From NCBI GenBank assembly GCA_044222475.1, contig JBGANF010000005.1, forward strand, positions 78,211-142,210: a DNA stretch of 64,000 bases, read 5' to 3'. The notes beneath the pieces were generated by a model that did no database searches, had not been told where the DNA came from, and was given only the letters and a program-made list of their open reading frames with translations. This stretch comes from Polyangiaceae bacterium. Its GTDB lineage: Bacteria > Myxococcota_A > Polyangia > Polyangiales > Polyangiaceae. Made by a program: the position numbers and the translations under genes. Position 1 is the stretch's first letter; every line of letters begins with the position of its first letter. Positions 9,015 through 20,611 of this stretch are shown here, one piece after another.

Positions 9015-10109
9015 TCACCGGTCGAGAATGGACTCGACCTCTGCGTAGACCCGTTTGCGCCACTCGGCGATCGCCGACTCTCCACGGTGCAGCTTGTCGG
9101 TCTCGGCGAGCACTTTTTCCAGGGGTGCGAGGGTGACGTACGGGTCGTCGGGGCTGCGCTCCTCGGTGCTCGCGGGGCCGAACCACCCGGCCATGAAGTC
9201 GCTCCGGCCGCGCTGGAGCTCCCGGATGGCGGCGTTGGCGAGGCGCGCGCCGAGCAGGCGATCGAACGCGCTCGGCGACCCGCCGCGGACGACGTGCCCG
9301 AGCACCGTCACCCGAGTGTCGACGTTGGGGATGATCGCCGCGACCTTCGCGTCGACGCGAGCTTTGAGGTCGGCGGTAGGGATCTTCACCCCCTCGGCCT
9401 TGAGGATCAACACGTGCCGCTTGTGGGCCGCGTCCTTGTACGCCTTCACCATGACCCGGACGACGTGGTCCACGAAGTCTTCGTCGGTCTTGTTCGTCTC
9501 GCGCACGAGGACGACATCGGCGCCTGACGCGATGCCGGCGGTCATCGCGAGGTAGCCCATGTCGCGGCCCATGACCTCGACGAGGAACGTGCGGTGATGC
9601 GCGGTCGCCGTGTCGCGGATGCGGTCGCACGCCTCGACGATGGTGTTCATCGCGGTGTCGACGCCGACCGACATCGACGTGCACGCGAGGTCGTTGTCGA
9701 TGCTGGCGGGGATCCCGCCGACGAGGAGGGTCTCGCCGCTCGCCGTCCGTGCGTCGCGGAGGGTCCGCGCGCCGGTGAGCGAGCCGTTGCCGCCGATCAC
9801 GAGAAGCGCGTCGAGCCCGAGCGCGAGGATCGCGTCACCCGCGCGCTTGCGACCTTCCGGGGTCTGGAACACGAGGCTGCGCGCGGTGCCGAGGACCGTG
9901 CCGCCGCGCCGCGACGCCTCGTCGAGCATGCGTAGATCGAGCGCCACCGTGCGGCCGTCCATCAGGCCGGCGTAGCCATCCTCGATCCCGACGACCGAGA
10001 GCCCGAGCTCGGCGGCCACGCGAGCGGCGCCGCGGAGCACCGAGTTCATGCCCGGCGCGTCACCGCCGGAGGTGAGAAGCGCGATCTTGGCGCCAGCCTT
10101 GAGGGCCAT
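9015..10109 (-). CDS. pfkA: 6-phosphofructokinase (PfkA family)
   Basis: LLTSGGDAPGMN, GGTVLGTAR, IGGNGS, SIDND, VEVMGR, LGHVVRGG. Confidence 0.95.
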   Translation of the reverse strand: MALKAGAKIALLTSGGDAPGMNSVLRGAARVAAELGLSVVGIEDGYAGLMDGRTVALDLRMLDEASRRGGTVLGTARSLVFQTPEGRKRAGDAILALGLDALLVIGGNGSLTGARTLRDARTASGETLLVGGIPASIDNDLACTSMSVGVDTAMNTIVEACDRIRDTATAHHRTFLVEVMGRDMGYLAMTAGIASGADVVLVRETNKTDEDFVDHVVRVMVKAYKDAAHKRHVLILKAEGVKIPTADLKARVDAKVAAIIPNVDTRVTVLGHVVRGGSPSAFDRLLGARLANAAIRELQRGRSDFMAGWFGPASTEERSPDDPYVTLAPLEKVLAETDKLHRGESAIAEWRKRVYAEVESILDR

Positions 10110-10129
10110 GGGCCGAATGTACTCGAAAC

Positions 10130-10558
10130 TCACTCGAGGTGGCAGGCCTGCGAGGCGTCGTCGGGGCAGTCGCAGCTGCGCTTCAGCGACACGGCGGTGA
10201 CCTCGGTCTTCGATGCGCGCTCGCCGAGGACGAACTGCGCATCGACGTCGGCGCCGCCGCCGTGCAGCGTGACCCAGAAGCAGCTCGTGTCGTGCTGGCT
10301 CTGGAAGTTGCTCACCGAGAACGAGGTGCTCGCCCGCACCGCCTTCGTCACGGCGTCGGCTTCGAGCCCCGCCGCCGCAGGCGTCGCGTCGGTGCCGCCC
10401 TTGACCGAGGCGACGTAGGCCTCGATCGCCTTTCGACCGTCGGCGTGGCCCCGCGTCAACACCACCACGAGGGTGATCATCGCCCCGCCCATGACCACGA
10501 CCATGAAGCAGCCGAAGCCGAGCCCGAGTCCCTTCCCTTGTGTCTGCTCTTCCGCCAT
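10130..10558 (-). CDS. Hypothetical single-pass membrane protein
   Basis: N-terminal TM helix, Cys-containing C-terminus. Confidence 0.65.
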   Translation of the reverse strand: MAEEQTQGKGLGLGFGCFMVVVMGGAMITLVVVLTRGHADGRKAIEAYVASVKGGTDATPAAAGLEADAVTKAVRASTSFSVSNFQSQHDTSCFWVTLHGGGADVDAQFVLGERASKTEVTAVSLKRSCDCPDDASQACHLE

Positions 10559-10629
10559 CGAACCCCATCATCGCATCGGAGCCGTCGTTTCGGTGAGCCG
10601 AATCCCCACGGCGCAGGCCACTGAGGAGA

Positions 10630-11523
10630 GTGCCGGCATACCAAGCTCGCCTCGCGTTCCTCGAGTCGCGCGGACGCGGAAAGCGCTTCACCGCCCGCCG
10701 CGGCGCCGTCGAGTCCATCCTCCGCGCGGCGTACGCGTTCGATTGGCCGGCGCGCGCGTGGGGTCTCGTGCCTGGCGCGTGCGACGTCCGCGTGGAGCGG
10801 CGCGTGCTGCGCGTGCTCCCGCCGCGCATGCCCTCGCTGCGGGTCGCGTTCGCGTCCGACCTGCACCTCGGGCCGACGACGCCTGACGCGATCCTCGTCC
10901 GCGCGGAGAACCTCCTCCGAGAAGCGCGACCCGACGTGCTCCTCCTCGGCGGGGACTACGTCTTCCTCGACGCGACGCCGACGAAGGCCGCGCGCCTCGC
11001 CCAGTTCGTCCGCCGGATCGAAGCACCGCGCACGCTCGCGGTGATGGGGAACCACGACCTATGGACCGAGCACCACCTCCTCGAGAGGGCGCTGGAGGCG
11101 GCTGGCGCGGAGGTCTTGGTGAACGATGGCGTGCGCCTCGAAGGTGCTCACGATCGCGTGCTCGTCGGCGGGATCGACGACCCGTGGACGGGCTCCCCTG
11201 ATGCATCGAGGGCTTTTCGACGCAAGCGCAACGGAGACGTCGCGATCGCCTTCAGCCACGCGCCGGAGGCGCTCCCGCTGGCGCAGGCGTTCGATCCCGT
11301 TCTCCTCGTCTGCGGACACACCCACGGCGGGCACGTCGCGTTGCCCGGAGGGATCCCCATCGTCGCGCCCGGACCGATGAGCCGAAAGCACCACGCTGGT
11401 TCGTACCATCTTGGTACGACGGAGCTCGTCGTCTCGCGAGGCCTCGGCGGGATCGAGGTGGCATTCCGCCTCTTTGCCCCGCCCGACGTCGTGATTGTCG
11501 ATTTGCTACCATCGGCACGGTGA
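10630..11523 (+). CDS. Metallophosphoesterase (YkuE-like)
   Basis: SDLHLG, GGDY, GNHD, SHAP, GHTHGG, VSRGLG. Confidence 0.9.
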   Translation: MPAYQARLAFLESRGRGKRFTARRGAVESILRAAYAFDWPARAWGLVPGACDVRVERRVLRVLPPRMPSLRVAFASDLHLGPTTPDAILVRAENLLREARPDVLLLGGDYVFLDATPTKAARLAQFVRRIEAPRTLAVMGNHDLWTEHHLLERALEAAGAEVLVNDGVRLEGAHDRVLVGGIDDPWTGSPDASRAFRRKRNGDVAIAFSHAPEALPLAQAFDPVLLVCGHTHGGHVALPGGIPIVAPGPMSRKHHAGSYHLGTTELVVSRGLGGIEVAFRLFAPPDVVIVDLLPSAR

Positions 11524-12701
11524 AGGGGTCCTGGGTCGTCACGCTCTGGTCGATCTTCGGCGTCGTCTTCGCGATCGGCGGGGGCTCCGTCGTGTACCTG
11601 CTCGCGTCCGCCCGCGCAGGCGCGGGCGCCGGGGCAGGCGCGGTCGTGGCGTTCCTGGTCGTTCCGATCGGCCTGGGGATCGGACTTCGTCGGTGGCGCG
11701 TCGCGGTGCACGGGACGTTCGCCCTCGGCCTCGCCGTGCTCGTCGTGACGGCGAAGTGGCTCCCGCGTCAGACGAGGGATGCCTTTGCCGCCGCGTTCGC
11801 GGACGATCACTCACCCGATGCCGGCCCCGATGCAGCGCAAGCAGCCGAAACGCCCGATGCGACGCCGAGCCCGACCGAGCCCGAGTCGACCGACTTCACC
11901 TTCGGCAGCGCGAGCTACACCGAGGACGACTGCCCGCCGCTCGAGGACTTGTCCGCCCTCGCCGCCGCGCACGTCCCCGGTGGCACGCGCGCGACCGCCG
12001 AAGCGCTCGCGCGAGCGCGATACCCGATTGGCCTCCCGTTCCTTCAGGCCCAGACGGACGCGATGCTCGCGGCCTGGTACACGAAGGCGCCCGACTCGCT
12101 CGAGGGTGTCGCATCCCGCTTCGACGTGGCGGTGCACGAAGGCTCGCACGTCTGGGTGAGCAAGCGCTTCGACCCCGCGACCGAGACGTACCCGGTGCGG
12201 ACCGATCTCTCGATCGTGACGAAGCGCCTCCACAACTTCGATCGCAGCGCGATCGTCCTTCGCCACGTCGACGCGGCAACGGATCCCTACGCGAAGATCT
12301 ACCTGAGCGGCGCGAGCGGCGCGCAGGGCTTCAACACCTTGCTCGACGAGTACAACGCGTACACCCACACGCTCGCGGCGCGACTCTGCACGCGCGACCT
12401 CATGGCGTCGGGCACGAGGGTGAGCGCGCGCGATGGGATCCTGACGATGATGTACTACGTCGAGACGTACCTCGCGATCGCGCGCGAGGAGCACCCCGCC
12501 GACTACGCCGCGATCCTGGCCGACCCGGGTCACCGTCGGTTGATCCTCACGGTGTGGGATCGCGCGGAGCTCTGGCTGCGTCGGAGCGCCGAGTTCCACG
12601 CGCTCGGCATCGACGACGCGCGGATCAAGACCTGGGTCTACGATCCGACGCGTCTCGCCGAGCTGACGCGTGTCCGCGACGCCGAAGCGCGCGACCACTG
12701 A
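11520..12701 (+). CDS. Membrane-anchored protein with HExxH motif (possible zinc peptidase)
   Basis: Three N-terminal TM helices, acidic linker, AVHEGSH and downstream LDEYNAY. Confidence 0.65.
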   Translation: MKGSWVVTLWSIFGVVFAIGGGSVVYLLASARAGAGAGAGAVVAFLVVPIGLGIGLRRWRVAVHGTFALGLAVLVVTAKWLPRQTRDAFAAAFADDHSPDAGPDAAQAAETPDATPSPTEPESTDFTFGSASYTEDDCPPLEDLSALAAAHVPGGTRATAEALARARYPIGLPFLQAQTDAMLAAWYTKAPDSLEGVASRFDVAVHEGSHVWVSKRFDPATETYPVRTDLSIVTKRLHNFDRSAIVLRHVDAATDPYAKIYLSGASGAQGFNTLLDEYNAYTHTLAARLCTRDLMASGTRVSARDGILTMMYYVETYLAIAREEHPADYAAILADPGHRRLILTVWDRAELWLRRSAEFHALGIDDARIKTWVYDPTRLAELTRVRDAEARDH

Positions 12702-12710
12702 GGCCCTCAC

Positions 12711-13238
12711 CTACGACGCTTGCGCGTACGCGAAGGCCGGCGCGGTGCCGGTCGGCAACGTGGCCGGCGTCACCATCGCGGTCTGCGCCGACGGGTGCAC
12801 TCGAACGATCCACGAGTGGGTGGCGTCGATCTTGGTCACGTCGAGGATGTGCTTGCGTCGCATCACCATCGCGGTGATCAGCCCACCGAACAGCATGAGC
12901 ATCCCGACGAAGGCCATCGCGCCGCTCTGGAACATCGCCGGCCCGAGGAACGTGAAGAGGAACCCCGGGAGCCAGCTCACGCCGACGATGAGGTTCCACT
13001 TCTTCCACTGGCCGTCGCACGACGAGCAGATGGGGAGCTCGAACTGAGCCGTCTTGGTGAACAGCTTCTGAATGAGCGGACCGAAGAACTTCGCCCACGT
13101 CGGCACCCAAGCGAACTTGTGAGCGCGCTTGCCGAGACCGTGGGTGGTGCCGCATTTCACGCACACCTGGGGAAAAGAAGCGCCGTTCGCGACGACGAGG
13201 GTTTCACCTTCGAGGCGAGCAGACTGACGAGCGTTCAT
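12711..13238 (-). CDS. Hypothetical membrane protein with CxxC pairs
   Basis: CVKC, CSSC, two TM helices. Confidence 0.7.
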   Translation of the reverse strand: MNARQSARLEGETLVVANGASFPQVCVKCGTTHGLGKRAHKFAWVPTWAKFFGPLIQKLFTKTAQFELPICSSCDGQWKKWNLIVGVSWLPGFLFTFLGPAMFQSGAMAFVGMLMLFGGLITAMVMRRKHILDVTKIDATHSWIVRVHPSAQTAMVTPATLPTGTAPAFAYAQAS

Positions 13239-13356
13239 GATGAGATCTCCGTGGGGGCGGAGCACGGCGCGCGACCTCCCGTTACAGGGCAGCGCGACGA
13301 CACCCCATGTACGGAGCCCGCTTCGGGATCTCCCCTCCCCGTGTAGAATCCGCGCC

Positions 13357-15137
<1,781 letters not shown>

Positions 15138-15141
<4 letters not shown>

Positions 15142-16139
15142 GCGAACGAGACCCCATCGCAGCGTTCTGGGAGTGGTGGCCGACCATCCAGGGCGACATC
15201 GCTCGCGGCTTCAAGTCCGGCGGACTCACCGAGGAGATCGTCGAGGCGCTCAGCGAGCGCATCCGCGCGATCGATCCGAAGCTCGACTGGGAGTTCGGCC
15301 CCGGCCAGACGAGCGAGCATCACCTCTGCCTCTCGGGGAAAGGCAACCCGATCCTCCGCGTCGTCGCCGAGCGCTGGCGACGTCGCGCGCCGGCGCCCGA
15401 CGCGACGTGGGAGTTCCACGCGTCGCGCCAGCCTCACGGCAACGGCGGGCTCGTCCTCGAGATCGCCGGGCACGAGGTCGCGCTCGACGACACCGTGCTC
15501 CTCGTCGCCGAGGACGAGACGCGCGAGAAGCTCGACGTGCGGGTCTTCCATCCGGTGTTCTCGGCGACGGACGACAAGAACCTCAAGATCCAGATCACGT
15601 TCATCAGCCTGGACACCGCCCTCGGCGAGGACGACGTCGAGCGATGGGTCGGCGCGGTCGAGCTCGCCGACGGTCCGATCGACGGGGCCGTTCCCTTGGC
15701 CATGCTGCGCGAGCGGAGCAAAGCCTTCGCTGCCAAAGCAACCGGCGACAAGTGGATCATCCTCCGCGGCGAGAAGGACGGCTCGCCGGTGTTCGTCACG
15801 ATCAACGCGGCGCTGAAGCGCATCGACCACCTCTTGCTCGACACCCACGTCGAGATCGAGCTCGCGCTCGCGAAGCCCACCCCGGAGGGGTTGACGACGA
15901 AGGAAGAAGCCGACGTCCTCAACCGCATGGAGGACGAGCTCACCGAGCTCCTCGGCGAAGAGGCCGCCCACATCGGTCGCGAGACCGGGTTCGGCAAGCG
16001 GGTGCTCCACTACCACGTGATGGATAGCGGCCCCGCCGCGGCCATCGTCGGTCGATGGCGTGCCCGCCACAGCGGCTACGCGATCGAGGTCAGGGTGAGA
16101 CCGGATCCGCTCTGGGACGTCCTCGACCGCTGGCGCTAG
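15138..16139 (+). CDS. DUF695-like protein
   Basis: AAFWEWW N-terminus, LDTALGEDDVERWVG, C-terminal DPLWD; ATGA overlap. Confidence 0.65.
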
Positions 16140-18496
16140 TTCGGGCCGGAGCAGCCGCCCGGCACCGGCGGCGACACGTCGTTGTCGATGCGGCACTGCT
16201 TCGTCGGCGAAGGCACCTCGACGGTGGCGTACGCCTTCCCCGAGAGAAGCGAGGGGGGCGGGTTCGCGATCGGGAGCTCGACGGTCTGCGCCGCCGCCGG
16301 ACCGAGCGCAGCGGTCGTGACCGCCTGTCCCAAAAGGGTACCACTCGGCCAAGTCCCTTCGAAGAACTTCACGATCGCACCGGGCGGGAGCAACGCTTGG
16401 CCGAGGTTTCGCACGGTCGCGATCATCTTGTAGCTCGGCGAGCACTGGATCCCGAGCGTGACGATGGCGTCCGTCGCCGAGAACTCGGCGCCGGGCTGCT
16501 TGTTCTGGCGGAAGTTGTTCAGGCCCGGCTGGTTCCAGTTCGCGAGCTCGCTCTTGGGGATGCGCCCGTCTTCGCCGACGTTGGTGATGTGGTACGTGTG
16601 CTCGTTCCAGATGCGGCGCGACCGCACCCACGACGACGTCGCGCTGCCGAAGATGCGGATGCCCGACTGCTTGCTCGCGTTGTCCGGGCAGGTGATGCCG
16701 TACGCGTTCGACGCCACGATGATGTCGGCCTGACCGTCGTTGTCGACGTCGGCCACGAGCGGGTACTCCCACAACGTGCCGGTGGTGTTGCACGTCGACG
16801 GGATGAGGTTGGTGCCGGTTTTCCCGTCGTACATCCACAGGTGGTACTCGTCGGAGTAGATGACCTCGGCCTTGCCGTCGCCGTTGAAGTCGAAGACGGA
16901 CGACCCGGTGACTGCGGACGAGCAATCGTGCGTCGTCTTGAACCACAGGATCGTCTGCGGGTTCGTCAACGACTTGTTCATCAACGCCGCGCCCGAGAGC
17001 ACGACGTAGCCGACGGCGCCCGCGACGCCGACGTCCGCGTAGCCGTCGCCGTCGAAGTCGGCGACCGTCGGCGGTCCGCCGCCGTACTCGCTGGCCGCGC
17101 TGCAGAACGTCGCGGTCGAGATCCCGTTGTTGATGTCGATGTCGCGCCGGACGACCTCGGCGCCGCTCGGTTTCTGCGCGTCCCAGCGAACGACGTACGC
17201 CCGGTGCGGGCCGCTCGACGAGACGACGACGACCTCGGGCTTGCCGTCTTTGTCGAAGTCGCCGACGGCGTTGTAGCCGACGGGGATCGCGTCGACGCCG
17301 GACCGCAGGTCCCAGATCACGGCGCCGGTCGCCTTGTAGGCGCGCTGTCCGTCGACGACGTCGAGCAGACCGTCGCCGTCGACGTCGACGAGGCTCGTCA
17401 ACCGCTGGCCCCACGTGGTCGCCGGATCGAGCTCCTTCTTCACCGCGCCGGTCTTGCCGTCGAGCAGCGTCAGACCGACGAGGACCTCGGGGATGCCGTC
17501 ACCGTCGGTGTCTCCGATCGCCGGCGCGTTGTAGCCGCAGTGAACCTTGTTCGTGTCCGGCTGGGTCCACACGACCTGGCCCTTCGCGTCGTACGCGACG
17601 ACGCCGGTGTTCTGCGCCAGCGCATCGCAGCAGCTGTTTCCGTTCGGTCCCGGGTTCATGCACGCCACGACCTCGGGCACGCCGTCGCCGGTGAGATCGC
17701 CCGAGGCGAGCCCGCCGCCGGGCTGGACGCCGTTCGGCACCGACCACTTGTCGCTGACGACGCCGTTCTTGATCGTGATCGCGTGCAGCGTGCCCTGCTT
17801 GTAGTAGGCGCCGCCGGTGAACGTGGAGAACAGGATGTCCGGGATGTCCTCGCCGGTGATCTTGCCGTCGCAGTTGTCGTCGTCGAGCTGAGTGACGATC
17901 GGCGCCATCATGACGTCGCTCGCGTACGGGAACGTGACGTTGCCGCCCCACGAATACTTCACGACGGGATCGAACGCGGTCGTGGGCGGCTTGAACTCGC
18001 ACTTCTCGAGGCACGAGAGAGCTCCGCCGTCGCCCGTTCCGCCGTCGGGCGCGCAGATCGGCGGCTTCGGCAAGCAGCGACCGTCGGGGACGGCCTTCCC
18101 GCCCGAGCATCCCGCTTCGAGCGGCGCCCCGCCGTCGTTCGAGCCGAGCGACGGATCGCAGTACTCGTTCGGCGCGCAGTCCGACGACTCGACGCACGGT
18201 CCGCCGGGCGTCACGCACTTCTGGAACGAGCAGATCTGCCCGCCACCGCAGCACGCCTCGCCGCACGCGCGGTCCGCCGCGCAGCACTGCCCGCCGGCGC
18301 ACACTCCGCCGTCGCCGCAGCTCGATCCGCTCGGGCAGTTGGCGCCATCCGGAAACGACGGAGAGTCGCCGCCGGTGCCGTCCGCTCCGCCGTCGAGCGG
18401 ACCGTTCCCTTCGTCGGTGCCGCAGCCCATGGCCACCCGGCCGAGAGCGACGAGCGACGCGACCACGATGCCGAGCTTCAGCGAGCGAGCGTTCAT
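16136..18496 (-). CDS. FG-GAP/VCBS repeat lipoprotein with Cys-rich N-terminus and CARDB-like C-terminus
   Basis: Repeated D-x-D-G-D-G motifs (GDLTGDG, DVDGDG, DFDKDG, DFNGDG, DVDNDG); VRNLG Ig-like tail. Confidence 0.9.
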   Translation of the reverse strand: MNARSLKLGIVVASLVALGRVAMGCGTDEGNGPLDGGADGTGGDSPSFPDGANCPSGSSCGDGGVCAGGQCCAADRACGEACCGGGQICSFQKCVTPGGPCVESSDCAPNEYCDPSLGSNDGGAPLEAGCSGGKAVPDGRCLPKPPICAPDGGTGDGGALSCLEKCEFKPPTTAFDPVVKYSWGGNVTFPYASDVMMAPIVTQLDDDNCDGKITGEDIPDILFSTFTGGAYYKQGTLHAITIKNGVVSDKWSVPNGVQPGGGLASGDLTGDGVPEVVACMNPGPNGNSCCDALAQNTGVVAYDAKGQVVWTQPDTNKVHCGYNAPAIGDTDGDGIPEVLVGLTLLDGKTGAVKKELDPATTWGQRLTSLVDVDGDGLLDVVDGQRAYKATGAVIWDLRSGVDAIPVGYNAVGDFDKDGKPEVVVVSSSGPHRAYVVRWDAQKPSGAEVVRRDIDINNGISTATFCSAASEYGGGPPTVADFDGDGYADVGVAGAVGYVVLSGAALMNKSLTNPQTILWFKTTHDCSSAVTGSSVFDFNGDGKAEVIYSDEYHLWMYDGKTGTNLIPSTCNTTGTLWEYPLVADVDNDGQADIIVASNAYGITCPDNASKQSGIRIFGSATSSWVRSRRIWNEHTYHITNVGEDGRIPKSELANWNQPGLNNFRQNKQPGAEFSATDAIVTLGIQCSPSYKMIATVRNLGQALLPPGAIVKFFEGTWPSGTLLGQAVTTAALGPAAAQTVELPIANPPPSLLSGKAYATVEVPSPTKQCRIDNDVSPPVPGGCSGPN

Positions 18497-18527
18497 CGCT
18501 CGATCGTCGCCCGCCCCTCGGCGAGCG

Positions 18528-18965
18528 TCAATCGTCCGCGGTGGCCTCGGTGGTCGTCGCGGGCTTGGTCTTCGCCTTGTTCTTCTTGGCCTTCGTCTTC
18601 GTCTTCCCGAGCAGCGCGTCGATCGTTCCGTCGGCGAGGGCCGCCTTCGTCAGATCGCGACCGCCGATGAGCGTTCCCTTCACGAAGACCTGCGGATAGA
18701 GAGGCCACCCGCTCCAGAGCTTGATCGCGAGGCGCTCGCGCCACTTCGAGAAGTAGCCGCCGATCTCGATGTAGTGGACGGTGTGGCCCGCCTCCTCGAG
18801 CGCGTCGCGTGCGGCGCCGCACGCCGAGTTGAGAGCCATCCCGATCACGACGACGTCGTGGTCGGCGACGGCGCGCTTGATCTCCTCGAGGCGCTCGGAG
18901 TGGAACTTCTCCATGTACGCGACGGCTTCGGGCGTGGCCTTGTTCAAGAGCGGGCGTTCGGACAT
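18528..18965 (-). CDS. Glutaredoxin-like protein
   Basis: WSGWPLYPQVFVKGTLIGG; single Cys (NSAC); Lys-rich tail. Confidence 0.8.
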   Translation of the reverse strand: MSERPLLNKATPEAVAYMEKFHSERLEEIKRAVADHDVVVIGMALNSACGAARDALEEAGHTVHYIEIGGYFSKWRERLAIKLWSGWPLYPQVFVKGTLIGGRDLTKAALADGTIDALLGKTKTKAKKNKAKTKPATTTEATADD

Positions 18966-19032
18966 GGCCGAGACTGTAAACCCGGCCGGACGCGGTGCAA
19001 GCCGCGCCACGCAGTTCTTCACAACTTCACGA

Positions 19033-19968
19033 TCACTGCGGCGCGCAGGTCGACACGCCGGCCCCGACGATCGGCGCCTTGTACCCAGGGAAGATCGTCG
19101 ACGTCTTCGTCTCGGGATCGTAGCGGACGACCCTCTGACCCGACGGGTTCACGAAGAGCCAGAAATACCCGCCCCAGGTCGCGAACGCCCAGGCGGTGCC
19201 CATCGTGATCCCCGGCAGATCGTCCTTGGCGAGGACGTTCCCGGTCTCTCGCTCGATCTCGGCGATGGCCGTGTCGTCCCCGCCGCTCGCGGTCGTGGTG
19301 AAGAACGCGAAGAGCCGTCCGTCGCCCGTGCCGGTGAGCTCCGCGTCGGTGATCTCGGGCTTGAATTTCCCGAGGTTCTCGAGCGTGAAGGTGGTCGCCA
19401 CGTCGACGCGACCCAGGTAGCTCCCGCTGCGCGATGCGACGTAGAGCTCCTCGGCTGGGTTCAGGCCCTTGGTCGCGAAGCCCATCCCGAACTTGCCGAA
19501 GTCGCCGTACTGCGGCTCGAAGGTCGTCGCTTCGCAGCTCGCGTCCTTCGTGCTCACCTTCATCAGGCGCCCGTAGTTCGGCGTGTCCGAGCCGTAGAGC
19601 ACGTAGGCGTCTCCGGCGTGGTCCACCGCCATCGAGAACGGGTGAAACCCCGGCGGCACGGGACACTTCAAGGTGCCGATCGGCGTGAACGACACCGTCG
19701 GCGGGTCGAACGAGACGAGCTCGTCGGTCTCCGTGACGACGTAGACGAAGCGCGACGCCGCCGGGCAGAGCACGTTGATCACGTCGAGGTGACGCACGTC
19801 GAGCGGCGGGGGCACGTCCCACTGCTGGACGTCCACGAAGCGGTCCGGCTTCGCGTCGACGCCGGCGTCCTCGTGGTGACCGATGGGCAGCCCCGTCCGC
19901 GCACCGCAAGCGAGCATGAGCCCGCAGACCGCGGTGGTCAGGGCGAGGCCGGTCACGAAGCGTCTCAT
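19033..19968 (-). CDS. Myxobacterial lipoprotein, probable beta-propeller
   Basis: LACGARTGL lipobox; PFSMAVD, ELTGTGDGRLF, IVGAGVSTCAP. Confidence 0.8.
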   Translation of the reverse strand: MRRFVTGLALTTAVCGLMLACGARTGLPIGHHEDAGVDAKPDRFVDVQQWDVPPPLDVRHLDVINVLCPAASRFVYVVTETDELVSFDPPTVSFTPIGTLKCPVPPGFHPFSMAVDHAGDAYVLYGSDTPNYGRLMKVSTKDASCEATTFEPQYGDFGKFGMGFATKGLNPAEELYVASRSGSYLGRVDVATTFTLENLGKFKPEITDAELTGTGDGRLFAFFTTTASGGDDTAIAEIERETGNVLAKDDLPGITMGTAWAFATWGGYFWLFVNPSGQRVVRYDPETKTSTIFPGYKAPIVGAGVSTCAPQ

Positions 19969-19985
19969 GGGGTCGGCTCCCGACA

Positions 19986-20001
19986 AGCACCCGTCGTGCC
20001 A
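19986..20001 (-). promoter_or_regulatory. sigma54 -24/-12 promoter candidate
   Basis: Minus strand TGGCACG-ACGG-GTGCT upstream of ATG 19968. Confidence 0.6.
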
Positions 20002-20107
20002 GCCCGAAGTGAGCGCGTTTTATCGCGATTTTGAGCGGGTACGTGCGCTTTTTGACGGCACCGCCCGATTGCGAAGCACCCGAACGAGTGCGAGCATCGA
20101 ACGCGCC

Positions 20108-20611
20108 ATGACGATCCAAATTGGCGAGCGAATCCCCGACGCAACCCTCTTCGAGTCCACCGAGTTCGGCGAAGCCTGCCCGGTTGCTCCGACCAAGATC
20201 TCCGTCGCCGAAGCGACGAAGGGCAAGCGCATCGTGATCTTCGGCCTGCCCGGCGCCTACACGCCGACCTGCTCGGCGAAGCACGTTCCCGGCTACCTGA
20301 AACACCTCGACGCCTTGAAGGCGAAGAAGGTCGACGAGGTGTGGTGCCTCTCGGTCAACGACGGCTACGTCATGGCCGCGTGGGGCAAGGAGCAAGGCGT
20401 CATCGGGAAGATCCGCATGCTCGGCGACGGAGCTGGAGAGCTCACGAAGAAGCTCGGGCTCGACCTCGACCTCACGGCCAGCGGGATGGGTCTGCGGATG
20501 AAGCGCTTCTCGATGCTCGTCGACGACGGCGTCGTGAAGCAGCTCAACATCGAAGCGCCATCCAAGTTCGAGGTCAGCAACGCGGAGACGATGCTCGCTC
20601 AGTTGGCCTGA
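20108..20611 (+). CDS. Peroxiredoxin, Prx5/redoxin type
   Basis: FGLPGAYTPTCSAKHVPGY, SVNDGYVMAAW. Confidence 0.95.
   Translation: MTIQIGERIPDATLFESTEFGEACPVAPTKISVAEATKGKRIVIFGLPGAYTPTCSAKHVPGYLKHLDALKAKKVDEVWCLSVNDGYVMAAWGKEQGVIGKIRMLGDGAGELTKKLGLDLDLTASGMGLRMKRFSMLVDDGVVKQLNIEAPSKFEVSNAETMLAQLA

Noticed and set aside
20056..20073. sigma54 site upstream of the peroxiredoxin
   Set aside because: GG-to-GC spacing is 14 rather than the strict 12.
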